From NCBI GenBank assembly GCA_951406725.2, contig OX597820.1:117056001-117120000 (forward strand): DNA of 64,000 nt, written 5' to 3'. The DNA comes from Octopus vulgaris (taxonomy: Eukaryota). Under the pieces are notes generated by a model. That model was not told where the DNA came from and did not search any database. It worked only from the letters and a program-made list of their open reading frames with translations. Below, piece after piece: positions 13,461 through 27,300 of the stretch. The stretch's first letter is position 1, and each line of letters starts with the position of its first letter. The translations under genes were made by a program, and so were the position numbers.

Positions 13461-13759
13461 TGATAAATGTCACCCTTTTCAAGCCTGGCCCGGTTTCCCG
13501 GTTTCTGTGGCATATATGTTCCCCGCAGCTGGACGGGACGCCAGTCCATCGCAGCGTTACTCAAGAAACAGGAAGAGAGAGTGAGAGAAAGTTGTGGCGA
13601 AAGAGTACAACAGAGGTCACCCCACCGCCTTGCAAAAGCCTCGTGGAGCTTTTAGGTGTTTTCACTCAATAAACGCACGCAACGCCCGGTCTGGGAATCG
13701 AAACTGCGATCCTCCAACTGCGAGTCTGCTGCCTTAACCACTGGGCCATTGCACCTCCT
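13461..13759 (-). mobile_element. SINE with family C head and V-like tail
   Basis: Family C head followed by GCGATGGACTGGCGTCCCGTCCAG; 12-bp TSD GCACATATACTA (13449-13460, 13760-13771). Confidence 0.85.
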
Positions 13760-13914
13760 GCACATATACTACACAGAAATCAAAACACTAAAGGAACACC
13801 AGAAACAACAAAGTGAAATAGATGTACCTAAAAAAAAAACCCGACCCTAAACATCTTCCCATAGGAAAAAAAACAAAAAAAACAACCAAATTATGCAGCA
13901 TCCTCCCTTTAAAA

Positions 13915-14242
13915 CACAGGTTCTTAAAGTGGGTACTATTGCACCACCACCCCCCACTCCCCGGTGGGCGTTGAGATGGTCCAGGTGGCTGCTGGTGCTT
14001 AAGGGGGCAGTAGAGAAAAAGGAGGCGTTAGGAGAAAGGTAGTGAAGTGGGGGCCCGCTATGAATTTATATTATAGTTATTGTATACAAATTATATAATA
14101 TATTAAATATCAAATAATTCATAGTATATGTAAATTAGTAAAATACAAAATAGTTTATTTATACATAAAAATAGGGGTGGGGTGCTGAGGGTATTGTGTG
14201 GCCATGAGCGGGGCAGTGGCCCAATGGATTTGAGAACCTCTG
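13915..14242. mobile_element. hAT/Charlie-like MITE
   Basis: TIR CACAGGTTCTTAAA / TTTGAGAACCTCTG; 8-bp TSD CTTTAAAA/CTTTAGAA. Confidence 0.7.
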
Positions 14243-14697
14243 CTTTAGAAAATGAAAAGTGTAGGAAGGGCTGGAGTGGAAACTATCATGAAGCATAAAA
14301 ACACAAATTTTGTTGTCATGCTGTGCTAATCAAAAGGTAGCACTGTGGTTTTTAATCAAAATTAATATATTAAATAATCTACATCCTGCTAATTTTCATC
14401 TGAACTTAATCTGTTTATTACTATATATATATATATACTCTTTTACTTGATTCAGTCATTTGACTGCGGCCATGCTGGAGCACTGCCTTTAATCGAGCAA
14501 CTCGACCCCGGGACTTATTCTTTTGTAAGCCCAGTACTTATTCTATCGGTCTCTTTTGCCGAACCGCAATACAAAAAGAAGGGGACACACGCATGCATGC
14601 ACACAAGAAAAAATAAAATAAACAGGCTTCTTTCAGTTTCCGTCTCTCAAATCCACTGATAGGGCTGTGGTTGGCCTGGCGATATATTAGGTGCCAT

Positions 14698-14934
14698 ATA
14701 CAAGGCGGAGAGCTGGCAGAATCGTTAGCATGCCGGGCGAAATGCTTAGCGGTATTTCGTCTGCCGTTACGTTGTGAGTTCAAATTCCGCCGAGGTCGAC
14801 TTTGCCTTTCATCCTTTCGGGGTCAATAAATTAAGTACCAGTTACGCAGTGGGGTCGATGTAATCGACTTAATACCTATGTCTGTCTTTGTTTGTCCCAT
14901 CTGTGTTTAGCCCCTTGTGGGTAATAAAGAAATA
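14698..14934 (+). mobile_element. SINE family A inserted into a minus-strand family B SINE (14437-15010)
   Basis: 18-bp TSD CGATATA(T/C)TAGGTGCCAT at 14680-14697 and 14935-14952. Confidence 0.9.
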
Positions 14935-15184
14935 CGATATACTAGGTGCCATGCAGTGGAACTGAACCTGGAATTATGTGGTTGGGAAGCAAACTTCTGA
15001 CCACAGAGCAGTGTCTTTCTTCTCACTCAATGAATCATATTGTTTTCACCTCTGATCACCTGCAGAAGAAACCTCTACAAATTGCATGTGTGAGCCTAGA
15101 ACTACACTCATATTTGGGACAAGGTTGTCTCTTCTGCAAACTACAGAACCTGAAGTTTTATTCAACTGATTAACATAGATTCAC

Positions 15185-15400
15185 TCAGTCATCCTCAGGC
15201 TGCAACCACTGGATTGCAGATGCACTCACTGCTTCCACGATCTGCATCGTCTGCCACTGCTACATCAGTTCCTGTTCCTCTGAAATGGCTCGCTGCAGAT
15301 GCATCCAGAACCACCAATCGAGGCCATCAGAGGCCTTGCCTGAAACACTTTAATTCTTTCTCTCTAGAATTACAAGCCTCCAGAAATCCACACCCAGTTC
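15185..15400 (+). mobile_element. Decayed CR1/Jockey-like LINE 3' remnant
   Basis: Frameshifted translation resembles the post-RT LQPL..RR....C..Y....CSSEMA...RTT...SF region; more GC-rich than the flanks. Confidence 0.35.
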
Positions 15401-16276
15401 TTTATTGGTTATTGAACAGCGGTCATGCTGGAGCACTCAGTATTTTTGTTTGTTTCTTTTTTTCAAGTCTGGTACTTGTTTAGTCTTTTTGCTGAACAAC
15501 TAATTGCTAATTTTTCAGGAATGTAAACAAACCAACACCAGATTTCAATCAATGAGGAGTGACAAACACACACGTCTGTATGTGTGCGTGTGATGGGCTT
15601 TCAGACAGTCTCCATTAATCAAATTCTCTCACAAGGCATTGGTTGGCCCAGGGCCATGGTACTTGCTCAAAGTAAACCTGAAACCATATGATTGCAAAGA
15701 GAACATCTTAACCACACAGCCACATCTACACTTATGTCAAACATTTATTTATTTATTTATCATTCCACCCCACCACTCCACCTCACCACTTCCTTTTTTT
15801 TTTTTTAAAGCAAATTTCAACCTACAAATAAAATATCAATCTCATCAGTTTTGAAGGGTCTGCAAACGTAATAGGCACTGCCCCCAATTCCTTCTGACTT
15901 GGCCCAGGAAAAAATAAATACGTACACTTAAGAGATTAACAAACTGTATTTCCAACCAAAGCAATAACTATCAGTAACATTTAAAATAAAATTTAAAAAA
16001 ACGTACACAAACAAACAGAAAAAAAAAGGGGGGGGAAGCGAAATTTAGTTAATATGATATCAGAACCCTTAACTCAAACGAGGTTCCTTAACCACATATC
16101 GCTACTTCACATCTAATTTAATTTAAAAACAAAAAAATGCTTGGCATTCCTATAAAATAAACATCTTTGTAGAGTTTGTTTGTTTTTTAATAATTTTTTT
16201 AATAAAAAAATAATTCAAGCTGATTTGACAACACTAAAAATTCTTTGGAAGTATTATCTAGGAACTTAGCAGCTAT

Positions 16277-16403
16277 TACCACCACCACCACCACTACTAC
16301 TACCACGACCACCACCGCTACTACTACTACCACCACCGCCACCGCCACAACTACTACCACCACCACCGCCGCCACCACCACCACCACCACCACTACTACT
16401 ACT
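16277..16403. repeat. Compound (ACC/ACT/GCC)n trinucleotide microsatellite
   Basis: Directly visible. Confidence 0.95.
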
Positions 16404-17419
16404 GGTGGTGGCAGTGGCAGTGCACTGCTTCTAAATCCAGTCCATTAAGAACCCACGTAACCTCAATTACCATCTCCCACACCACCACAATGGTTAGGAA
16501 GAGGGTAGTATCACTAGTATTTCTTGTAATAGTCTCTTTTTAGTGTCTCTCTGGACATTTTCTTCTTTATAACCTCGACAATGTTTTACGGATTCTTAAC
16601 TGGCGCTTTGTCGGTTACGACGACGAGGGTTCCAGTTGATCCAATCAACGGAACAGCCTGCTCATGAGATTAATGTGCAAGTGGCTGAGGGCACCACAGA
16701 CATGTACCCTTAACCCTTTTGTTACCATATTCCTGTTGAGATGCATTTCTTTCATTTACTTTTAAATACAATAAAGAATTTAGTAAAATAACTTAGTTAT
16801 CATTCAGCTAGTGTTAAGAGCATAAATCGTGACTAAAGTTTGGTGGAAGATTTTCCTTCAGAACCTATGAAAACAAGACATTTGTACTACAGTATTTCAG
16901 CTGTTTATACCATATGAGTGTTTACAATAGCATAGAGGTGCAATGGCCCAGTGGTTAGGGCAGCAGACACACGGTTGTAGGACTGCAGTTTCAGTTCTCA
17001 GACCAGGCACTGAGTGTTTATTGAGCGAAAACACGGGGGTAGTGGCGAACCCTGCTGTACTCTTTCACCACAACTTTCTCTCACTCTTTCTTCCTGTTTC
17101 TGTTGGACCTGTATTTTTCAAATATTAGAATTAATATTTGAAAAATTTACTCCGTGATCAAAACTGAATTCACTGCAGAGTATGTCTTGACTTACTACAC
17201 AGGGTTGTAAAAGAAAGATGTGAATTCTACTTTGCTGTATATTTCTGTGAGTGTGGACAGACATTGGTTGTGTGACGATATTGCGCGCATACATTTTTGT
17301 GGATACTCGTAAATTTATACTATGAAATACTGTCGCTGATGAGAGCAGTAAGTAATTTTTTTTCTACTCTAAGCTTGAAACAGGATCTTGTACATGGTTA
17401 ACCAAAAGTTTAGCTATGT

Positions 17420-17640
17420 TGGTGGGTGGGGGCAAACATAGGTACACAAACACATGCACACACACATACATATATACAACGGGCTTCTTTCAGTTTCCGT
17501 CTACCAAATCCACTCACAAGGCTTTGGTCAGCCTGAGGCTATAGTAGAACACACTTGCCCAAGGTGCCACACAGTGGGATTGAACACAGAACCATGTGGT
17601 TGGTAAGCAAGCTACTTACCACACAGCCACTCCTGCACCT
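17420..17640 (-). mobile_element. SINE family B (head half)
   Basis: Matches the family B head and CORE-like region. Confidence 0.8.
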
Positions 17641-17699
17641 ATATATATATGATGGACTTTTCCGTTGTTAGACAACATATGAAAGTTCGACAATTTCTT

Positions 17700-17955
17700 A
17701 CCAAACAACCTCACAGATCATTTGTTTATAGAGATCAAATGTTTGTGGAGACATAAGCTCACTCCCTCCATCAAATCAACATTACCTGTACAGGTGCACC
17801 ATGTGCCACAGGTAAGATGACGAAATGATCGCAGAGCAACATGAAATGAAGTGCTTTGCTCAAGAACACAACGCAACACCTGCTTTGGGAATCGAACCCA
17901 CAATCACGCAATCATGAGTGCAACACTCCCTAACCACTGAGCCATGTGCCTTCAC
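17700..17955 (-). mobile_element. tRNA/CORE-like SINE with a distinct tail
   Basis: Minus: TGGCTCAGTGG, GGTTCGATTCC, TGTGTTCTTGAGCAAAGCACTTCATTTCA; head related to 4829-5130. Confidence 0.7.
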
Positions 17956-19143
17956 ACATATATGTGCATGCTCAGGCATGGCTGTGTAGTTAAGAAGTTT
18001 GCTTCCCAACCAAATAGTCTTGGTTCAGTTCCACTGCGTGGCATCTTGGGCAAGCGTCGTCTACTATAGTCCTGGACCAATGAAAACCTTGTGAGTTGAT
18101 GTGGTAGACAGAAACATGAGTGTGGGTGTGTGTGTGGGTGTATAATGGTGTTACCTTGTGTTGACATTGGATAACTGGTCTAAGTGAAGACTACTAATTT
18201 CCAATGTTCCATGAAAACATGTCTGGCCACGAGGAAATATTACTCTGCTCAGAAACAGGAAGGGCAACCAGGTATAGTAAACCTGCCCTAATAATTTCTG
18301 ACCCATGCATAGAAAAGTGGATTTTTAAACAATGGTGATGAGAAAAAAGAAAAAATTGTGTAGATTCTGTTAGTGAGAAGAGAAAAATGTATTTCTGATG
18401 CAGTCGTCATCATAAGGTCTTGGCTATCTACATTCTCACACTGCAAGTTTGAGAAAAATTTCAAACCCACTGGTGGGCTTGAACTTCAAGACCGAAACCT
18501 TCAAGTCTACATACATCACTGGAGAAAAAGCAGTATTTCAAAGAGTGACATGTATGGAAGAAGATGAAGAGTGAACACAAATGAACTTCATTTTTTACAA
18601 TTATTTCGGTAATTTTACATGTGTGTGAACAGTCACACAATATGTGGGTGTGGTTAAGCATATCAGGGTAGCATTAAGGTGTACATCTTTGCCTTGTACA
18701 AAGAATATATATTTTGTGTTGCTTATGTAAACGGTGGGAACATAGCAAAGAGTAAAAAAAAAAAAAAATGAAAAATGGTTAAAAAAAACACAAGGCGCAA
18801 AAATTTTAAGGAAGGGGCCAGTCGATTAGATCGACACCAGTACGCAACTGGTACTTAATTTATCGCTCCCAAAAGGATGAAAGGCAAAGTCGACCTCAGC
18901 AGAATTTGAACTAAGAATGTAAAGACAGACAAAATACCGCTAAGCATGTCACCCACAGTGCTAACATTTTTGCCAGTTCACCGCCTTGAACAATGATAAA
19001 ATAAAACACAATGCCTATAATAATAAAACTAATTTCTGCGGTACAAGTGGAATTGATAAGAGAGAGGCCTGTAATAAATCACAAATGTAAATAGTGGTAG
19101 ATTTTGAAAATGTTACTTCCTGCCCCTTGATGATAAAAATATT

Positions 19144-19507
19144 AACAAGAGCACTCAGAGAGCACCAACCTGCACCACGGCAACGCCAAAGTCCTCTCAA
19201 TGATTAACCAGAGATAATTTTTTAAATGAGGATATCTGAAATAAACTCGATTGCTCTCACAAACAAGAATACTACATAGGAACACAACTGCTCTCAAAAA
19301 TTATGTAAAAAAAAAAACAGGAAAAATAATCCAGAATCCTTGTCTGGTACCGGATCGATCCCAAAATCTAATCAGTTTGTGCCAGTAACAAGGCCAAACA
19401 TCCCTGGAAGTTTCATCTGAATCCATCCAGCGGTTCTTGAGATATTTTGTCCATGGACAAACAAACAAACATGACTGAAAACAATGCCTTCATTAGGGCA
19501 GAGATAA
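19144..19507 (+). mobile_element. Helentron-associated (HINE/DINE-1-like) non-autonomous element
   Basis: Starts AACAAGAGCACTC, contains AAGTTTCATCTGAATCCATCCAGCGGTTCTTGAGATA, an (ACAA)n tract and a degenerate 3' stem-loop. Confidence 0.5.
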
Positions 19508-20020
19508 TAACAACAACATCAATAATAATGGTTTCAAATTTTGACACAAGGCCAGCAATTTTATGGGAGGGAGCTTAGACAACTACATCAACCCCAGAGT
19601 TTCACAGATACTTATTTTACTAACCCCGAAAGAATGAAAGGCAGAGTCGAGATTGACAAAATATGGCTGGGCATTTTGTACAGCATGCCAACAATTCAAC
19701 CAGTTCACCACCTTAACAACTATTAATAACAGACCTTTTGAATGGGATGGGTTACTCGACCTGAAGAAAATCCTAGCTGGGCCCCACTTGTAGGGTCATG
19801 CACTGTTTATCTTGATATGAGATCATTACATTGCTCACATATGGTTGTGATGCAGGTGTCTGGTGTACCCTTATCAGGTAGGTGGTCATGATAGACATAT
19901 TGGCCTTCATATATTTGTACCCCAGTGTCACTTTGATGGCATGTGCTGATCTCTAACACAATAATAAAATTTAAAATAAATATAAAACAAATATTAGAAT
20001 ATGATAAAAATAAAATATAT

Positions 20021-20205
20021 TACAGAGATGTACTTGCATAGCAAGTGACCTGATCTGAGATCATTTGCTGGAACGAAAACAATTGCAGCGTGGAAGGTGT
20101 TTATAAGCCATATAAGAAACACACAAAAACTGCTAGATTCACTTCAACATATAAATTAAATTGCCAAAAAATTTTCATCGCTTTGGACCCATTCACTGAC
20201 AAAAT
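20021..20205 (-). mobile_element. Penelope-like terminal fragment with variant hammerhead remnant
   Basis: Homologous to 58381-58575; minus TTTGTCA-GTGAATG...GCGAT-GAAA-ATTTTT-TGGCAA. Confidence 0.55.
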
Positions 20206-21343
20206 TCCATGCAGGAAACAAAAGTGTCACCCACCACCCACCGAAATTAGTCTCTAAATGTGCCCCTATTGACATTGGTGATTTATTACTAAGCAGCATT
20301 TTATCAGTGTTGCTTATAACAACAAGATTAGATTAGTTTTATAATTGTCATGATTGTTGAGGTCTTTATTATCATTATAATTATTCTTGTACTCATTGTC
20401 TGTTTTCTCCCTGTATAACCAACACAAAATACATATCCTTCGCACTCCTGATGAAGTGCTACTTCAATATATTCAACCACAGACATATTGCGTAACTTTT
20501 ATGTCAGGTGGCCAGAAACAACTGTAACAAATAATAAAGTTAAGCTACATTATATTTACACATACATACATCCATGTATATGTATGTTTATACATACATA
20601 CATTACATACATACATGTAAATGTAAATACCTAAGGCAATGGCTATCAATAGAAATACTTAACAAAAGATGACTCAATATGTCTTCTGACATAATAAACT
20701 TCTTTCAATAGGCTTTATTTGCAAGTGAACAATAATATTGCTTATTATCACTGAAGGCAGTTGGTGGCAGGAGTAGAAGTCAGAGGAGGTGGATGACATT
20801 CTTTTCCTAAGGTTTGACGCTCCTTTTGTTAACAAGAATGTTAGCCTGCACGAACCACCCTCCCTCTTCCTCCTAATGTTTCCACCCACCTCATGGTGTC
20901 TGTCATGGCACACCCTGCAATAGAAGTGTCTATATACCTCATAGAATTTCCTGATGTCATATCGTAGATAGCAACATGAATTAGGGGCTCAACAATTTAT
21001 AGGGGAACTTGATAGGTTCAGTTGTAAGGAGTAAAGGGTTTCTACCCTTTGCCTGAAAGGGAGGAAGAGAAAGTATTGTTATTGTTTGGGTTTACTTGCT
21101 GACAATCCAAATGCCAAAACCAATTTCTCTTCGTTCTTTATTCTCAGACAAAACACATATGCCTAATAATCTAGATTGCTTCAACTTAAAAACTAAATTT
21201 AACAAGCTTCAGAAAATTAATTTAACATCTCTTTTAAGGTCTGAAGGAAGACCATGAAAGAACAGTTAATTATGAGCTTAACTCGTTAGTATTTCAACTG
21301 GCCACATCCATCCCAAATATTCTTCCCGTTCTATGTTCAAGCT

Positions 21344-21658
21344 AATTTAGCACCTTCAAGACTATCATCTCTTCGGCCCCATGAAAGAGGGTTTGAGAGG
21401 CAAACATTATTCCAGTAACGAGGAAGTGAAAACTGTAGTGAAGAAGTGGCTCAAAGAACAGTCAACAGAATTTTACAGGGCAGGGATACATGCTCTCATT
21501 CGAAGGTGGAACATTGCTATTGAGAGAAACGGTGACTACGTTGAGAAGTAGGGATGTGATCCACAGAGGACCAGCTTTTGATGCATGATACAGGTTCCTG
21601 CATTGGTAACAATACTTGTCCTAAACAAAATGGCATTACTTTTTGACTCACCCTCATA
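21344..21658 (+). mobile_element. mariner (DD34D-type) 3' fragment with right TIR
   Basis: LAPS/DYHLFGPMKEGLRGKHYSSNEEVKTVVKKWLKEQSTEFYRAGIHALIRRWNIAIERNGDYVEK*; ends TTTTTGACTCACCCTCA|TA. Confidence 0.9.
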
Positions 21659-23450
21659 GTAATGGAGATGGACACTTCAAAAGCTTAGTAGCTGGAGTAA
21701 GAGCACACTAAAAAATGTTCAGGGAGCTATTACCCCTAAAATGCAACAAAGGGATTCTCTCTCTATAAGTGAAAGACTATATGCCACTCATGTACAAAGT
21801 GTGGAGTTATATACACAAAGGCTAGAAGGGAATTAGGTAAATACAGTCCATTGAGGGGTTATGTTGAAGTGTACAAAAGATGGACAAGTAATAATTTGAG
21901 AGAAACAGTGTAAGAGGAATCAAGTAAAGTGGAGAGGGGGGAGGGGGGCTGTGCTGATTCAGGGATGTATGGAGGATAGTAGTTTTGTAAAAAGAGTTTT
22001 GCTAAGTGATCCAAGTGAAAGAAACTGGCAGAAGAGGAACCCATGAGAAGTGGCCAAATCCGATCTTAGGACATTGAACCACATGGAGAAGATAACATAA
22101 TGATGACGAGTGTGAACTATGAGAACCAGGTTGTACGTATATGGGAGTTCCTAAGGACAGCTGATCAACTCCAACCAGTAGTGGCTTAGAAGAAAAGGAT
22201 ATAAAAATGATGATGACAATAATGATTGTGAGAGAGAGAGAGAGAGAGAGAGAGAGCATGTGCTGTATGTGAGTGAAAGAATGTGGTATATGTGTGAGAG
22301 AGAGAGAGCATGTGGCATATGAGAGAGAGAAAGAGTATGTAGTATATGCGAGAGCATATGTGTGGTATATGTGTGTGTGTGTGATCTCAGTGTAACACTA
22401 AACTTATAGGACACACCCATAAATATGAAAAAAAAGCTTCTCTACATGCCCTTAGCCTGCTGCACCCTAACAACCAGGTTAAAAAGTGGGGAACCAACTC
22501 AGAGACAATGAATGTTCTCTCTTAGGAGAGAATAACCAAACATGATTTCTTATATTGGTTCAAGGCCATAAATTTGCTAATTGAAGCAATCCCCAGTTCA
22601 CAGCTGGTATCTGATTTTTCTTTTTTCAGCAGAAAGAACATCAAAATCAACACAAATGAGGTTTCAAGTTAAAATAGACAGAATATAAAGTGACACCAAA
22701 GTGCCAGGTAGGGGTGTGTTGGCCACATGGGGTGGGATTTGAACTCTTAATACAGAGAACCAGAACAACTACTTTCAGATATCTGAAACAATGTTCTGAC
22801 AGTTCCACTACTTCACTGTCTTTGACTGGTACTTTTTATTGACCCTGAAAGGATGAACAGCAAAGTTGACCTTGACAGCATTTAGAGGAGTAGAGTTGAG
22901 GAAAATTTGGCTGCTAGTTCATGCAAGTCATACCACAACATAGAAGTTACCTCGTTGGTTAGCTTTAATATTGTTAAAAATTTAAACCCAAACATTGTAG
23001 GGGATATGGTATAGTTAAGAAGATTAATCTCCAGTAAATAACTGGTATTCATTCAGACTCCAGGGAACTAAAACGGTAAAGCCAGCCTTGGTAGGGTTTT
23101 GAGCTTTGGAATCTAGAGAGCTAAAAATAAATGCCACAAGGTATTTATGCAAGCATTTTTCTATTCTGCCACACCTAGCTTTTAAATTCTTATCTAATAA
23201 TGAAATCATACTCTAAATGTAATATTTAAACGGTAATAGGTTTTAGGCTAACTATTATAACTTAATTTGATTTTGAGTAACACTATTAGTGTTCCACCAT
23301 GTAATAAAAATAAGAGATTTGTTGGAGAAATATACGTTGAAGAGTGGATGTTGCATAAGAACACAATCATGTTATAACAGCAAAGACTGTACTTAATGTC
23401 AAACCTATAATCATTAACCAATTCCATAAGCAGTCTTTATTACTACTTAC

Positions 23451-23565
23451 AGGAGAAGAAAGTCAAGCTATCATGCCTTAATTTGAAAACTTCTTCAAAA
23501 GAGTAATCACTTGCAACAGATCGAAGAATTTTATTGAAGAAACATTTACTGAATACACTGTTCAT
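23451..23565 (-). CDS. Candidate coding exon MNSVFSKCFFNKILRSVASDYSFEEVFKLRHDSLTFFS, phase 1
   Basis: tcaaaATG Kozak-like start at 23565, 38 open codons in very AT-rich DNA, consensus donor GTAAGT at 23450-23445; possible acceptor near 23612. Confidence 0.45.
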
Positions 23566-24243
23566 TTTGAACAGTATAATTCAGCTTTATTCTCCCTTTT
23601 CCAATATAATACTTGAAGATGAAAGAACTTTTGAATAAATTTATACATGAAAGCACACACATACAAACAAATACAAAGACACACACATTCAAATGGAACA
23701 AGAAAATGAAAATAGATGCAAGGTTTCAATTAAAAAAAATTTGGCTTTTTTTTTTGCAATTAAAAAATTATTATCAACATAACAGCTTTTTTTTTTATTT
23801 TTGCTTGGCATGGGTTTGAATACAATAGGTGTCCATACATCTCACCATTACAAAAAGCCCGACTAACCATCAAAAGGCCAAGATACCTACTTATTGCCCC
23901 ACCCAAGTCTCCCTTATCTTAATTTTTCTAGTCTCTTATCTATTTTCATCCATTCATGTCCAAAATATATTATAAGTAACATCATTTAACCACTAAGCCA
24001 CTTTCTAGACGATATTTTTGGTTTTATAATATTATTGGCTAAACTGGCAACATGACTATTCCTAAATACAACAACATGTTTCAACACACGATTTCACATC
24101 AAGAATCTTGCAAAACAAATATATAAACGTAGTTATTATTATAGTTTAGTCAAAAAAGGAAGGGTAATGTCCATGATTATTGCATGACTTGGAGCTGGTA
24201 GGAAAAAGAGAAGAAGCCACAACACAAAGGGTCGCTTGCTAAC

Positions 24244-24371
24244 CCTTCTTTCAATCAGTTACAGTGAGTGAGTCTGCCAACAAATAGGACAGCTTCCCAA
24301 GGCATTCCTCTTGCAGACAAGACTTTGTCAATGCTGATAGAAGCTTTTACTAATTAGAACATAGGCTTCGT
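24244..24371 (-). other. Candidate non-coding exon
   Basis: Branch-like CTAAT plus acceptor tttctaatcatttacAG and donor AGG|GTTAGC; no long open frame. Confidence 0.3.
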
Positions 24372-27300
24372 CTGTAAATGATTAGAAAGGAACAAACTAA
24401 AGTGATGGTATGTTGTCATAAGGACACAGAAAATGTGTCATGGCCAGCTGGAAACAACGCTTCCTGGGGCTAAATAACAGTAGCATTCTTCCCTTTCATG
24501 GGACTGTCACATTAAGTTGACAACATACAATCACTTTATCATGCTGCTACTCTATAAATCACTCCGAGAGATTTAGAAATGTATTATTTCTAGGAACAAA
24601 CTATTATTGTTTTTTAAATTTTTATAAGCAAAAAGTAAGGCCATTATCTAAGCATTCTGCAAGAACTACCTGAATCATCATCATTGTTTTATGTCCATTT
24701 TCCATTCTAATGACTTATGCATGCATTGCCTGTTTTTCATCTTCAATCTCCTTATTTATTTACATCTGACATCTTGTACACAAAACGTAATAGAAATAAA
24801 ATCAGTGCTAACTATAATTTCTGTAGAATTTCCCATAGAGATAACCTTAAATGATTTTCTATGCTGTCATGGGTTGGATGGTTCGACAGGAGCTGACAAG
24901 CCACAGGACCCTGTACCTAGCATCAATATCTACTTTGACATGGTTTCTACAGCTGGATGCCCTTCCTAACACAAAATCTCAACTATTCTTTTTAGTGCAA
25001 AAATGAGAGTCCAAAGAATTTCGACCGGTTGTCTTATAAGGGTTAATAACAGCATGAATTCTGACTTTGCTGTCTAAATGCCATTGCCGTATTTCCACAC
25101 TTCTAACATCATCTAATCTATATTTTGTATGAATGGAGAAGTTACAGATTCTCTAAATTTCTCTCAGCCTAATTAAATAGATTTCCAGTTTCCTCTCCAC
25201 AGATAATTATGTAACAGAAGCTGTTTAATAGGTTCTCAAAGATCAGAAATTCTTCAAATAAAAACTTCACAAGCTTTTTACTGTATAAACCATTACTCTA
25301 AACAACATAAAAACGCTGTTATCATTCTGTACTGTTTGTGCATTCATCAACTGCTGCAATGATTGAATAAATATATAAAGTTGTTACCGCTAACTACCTT
25401 CCTTGCTGCATACCAAACATTGGCAATTTCTCTAAAGTCATTTGATTTTACAAGGCTATAATTCGATCTATTAGTTTATCACGTCTCCATTTATTAATTA
25501 GAGAAAACAATATCAAAGACATTAAACTGAGCTCAGAATCGAAAATGATGTAACCAAATGCCAAAGTTATTTTGTCCAACATTCTGCCAATTCTACTATC
25601 TACTCAACATAAAAAGTTTTATAACCCATCAGGCTCACTGTAGAGACTTGAACCATCTGTCTATAACTTGCAAAGACTATGTTACCAATTACACTATTTA
25701 TTGTATTCTAAGACTCATGGAAATAAAACTGTCATACAATTTCCCTCTCATAAATACAAGACATATCTATATTTGGTAACATTACCCTTAATGGTAACTG
25801 GAAGTAACAGAATATAAAGAATTATCTCTAAAGACTTTTGTCATTATGTCAAGAGACCCAAAGAAAACCAGCTATAATTAGATTAATGTCTAACCAATGG
25901 TGTGCAAAGTACCATTACTTTTATGGAGAATAATACTAAAAAACTGTGTTTGCTCTTGTAGACTGGTGTGATTGCAAAAATGATATCAATCATACAATGA
26001 TATCGTTAGATTATGCTTAGTATAAAAACAAGCAGCAAATCAAAGCAAGGTGCAACAACAGGTATGCCTTGCAATCTCTCATTATTAACGCTTTCGTTAC
26101 TGTATTTATTTTGAGATGCTCTGTGTTTCTGCCAATTATTTTAAATATAACAAAGAATTTAGTAAAAAATCACCGTTATCACTAAGCTAGTGTTAGGAAC
26201 ATAAATTGTGACTAAGGTTTGGTGGAAGATTTGAATTCAAAACTTATGAAAACAAGACATTTATACTAAAGAGCCAGGTTGACAACAAAAGGGTTAATTT
26301 GGATATCTCTCAAAAAGTTCAAAAAGAAAGACAGAATAATTGTCTTTAATCAGGTATCATAATTGCCATATTCATGTACAAACGTTTAAGGTTGTGATTG
26401 AACACAAAAACTCCTATTTCACATGTGGTATGTAGCTAGATATCATAAGAAACTCTGGGGCAAATTTTCCAATACAGAGAGAATAGTGAAGACTAAAGCA
26501 GCAGAATATTATGTGCTGAGAATTGAATCAATAGCCTTGAGAGACTTTCACTCTATATGGCTGCTGATATTACAAATATTATTTAAACTGCTATGACAGA
26601 ATACAAGGCTATGACAAAAATAAAGGTTTGCAAGTTAATGAAGGAAGAACTCTCACAAGGTTGCTTGAACTGTTAGAAATAGCAACCAAATCACCTTCAA
26701 ATTACACTAATGTCTTTAAAAAGATATGGGAAGTATATTGGATAATACAGTCTGAAATAAACTGTGTCAAGAAAGAAAAAAAAGAATGGTTACAGCTTGA
26801 AAGTCTTTGTCAAAAAGTCTATTCAATTAGGATTAATTTAGGGCTAAACAACATGATTAAGATTCATAAGTGAAGCAACTTAACAAAACTGCTCAAATTA
26901 GTATTTTACAAACTTGTTCTGCTCTGGTCCTTTTCTCTTATATTTTATCCATCTCCACTCATTCTTCTACTGTAAAGTTGCCTCCGACTCCTTAGGATTT
27001 ACAGTCTTGCAAATTGCATAACCTCACTAGTATATAAAAAAAAAAAGGAAACCAGTACATGCTGGCTGGCATTAAGAAGAGCATCCAGCCATGGAAACCA
27101 TTCCAAAGCAGACACTGAAGCATGATGCAGTCCTTGAATATGTCACATCCTGTCAAACCATCCAACCATGCCAGTATGGAGCATGAATGTTGAATGATGA
27201 AAAATAAGGGTAACTGGATAAAAAGTCAACAGCAGTATTAATTACAAAAAAAATTAACCTCAAAAATGTTCACACGTATTCAGAAAAAGGCTCTTATTGC

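Noticed and set aside
16199-16448. Poly-Thr mucin-like / poly-Val ORFs
   Set aside because: Trinucleotide microsatellite without convincing splice sites or a true ATG.
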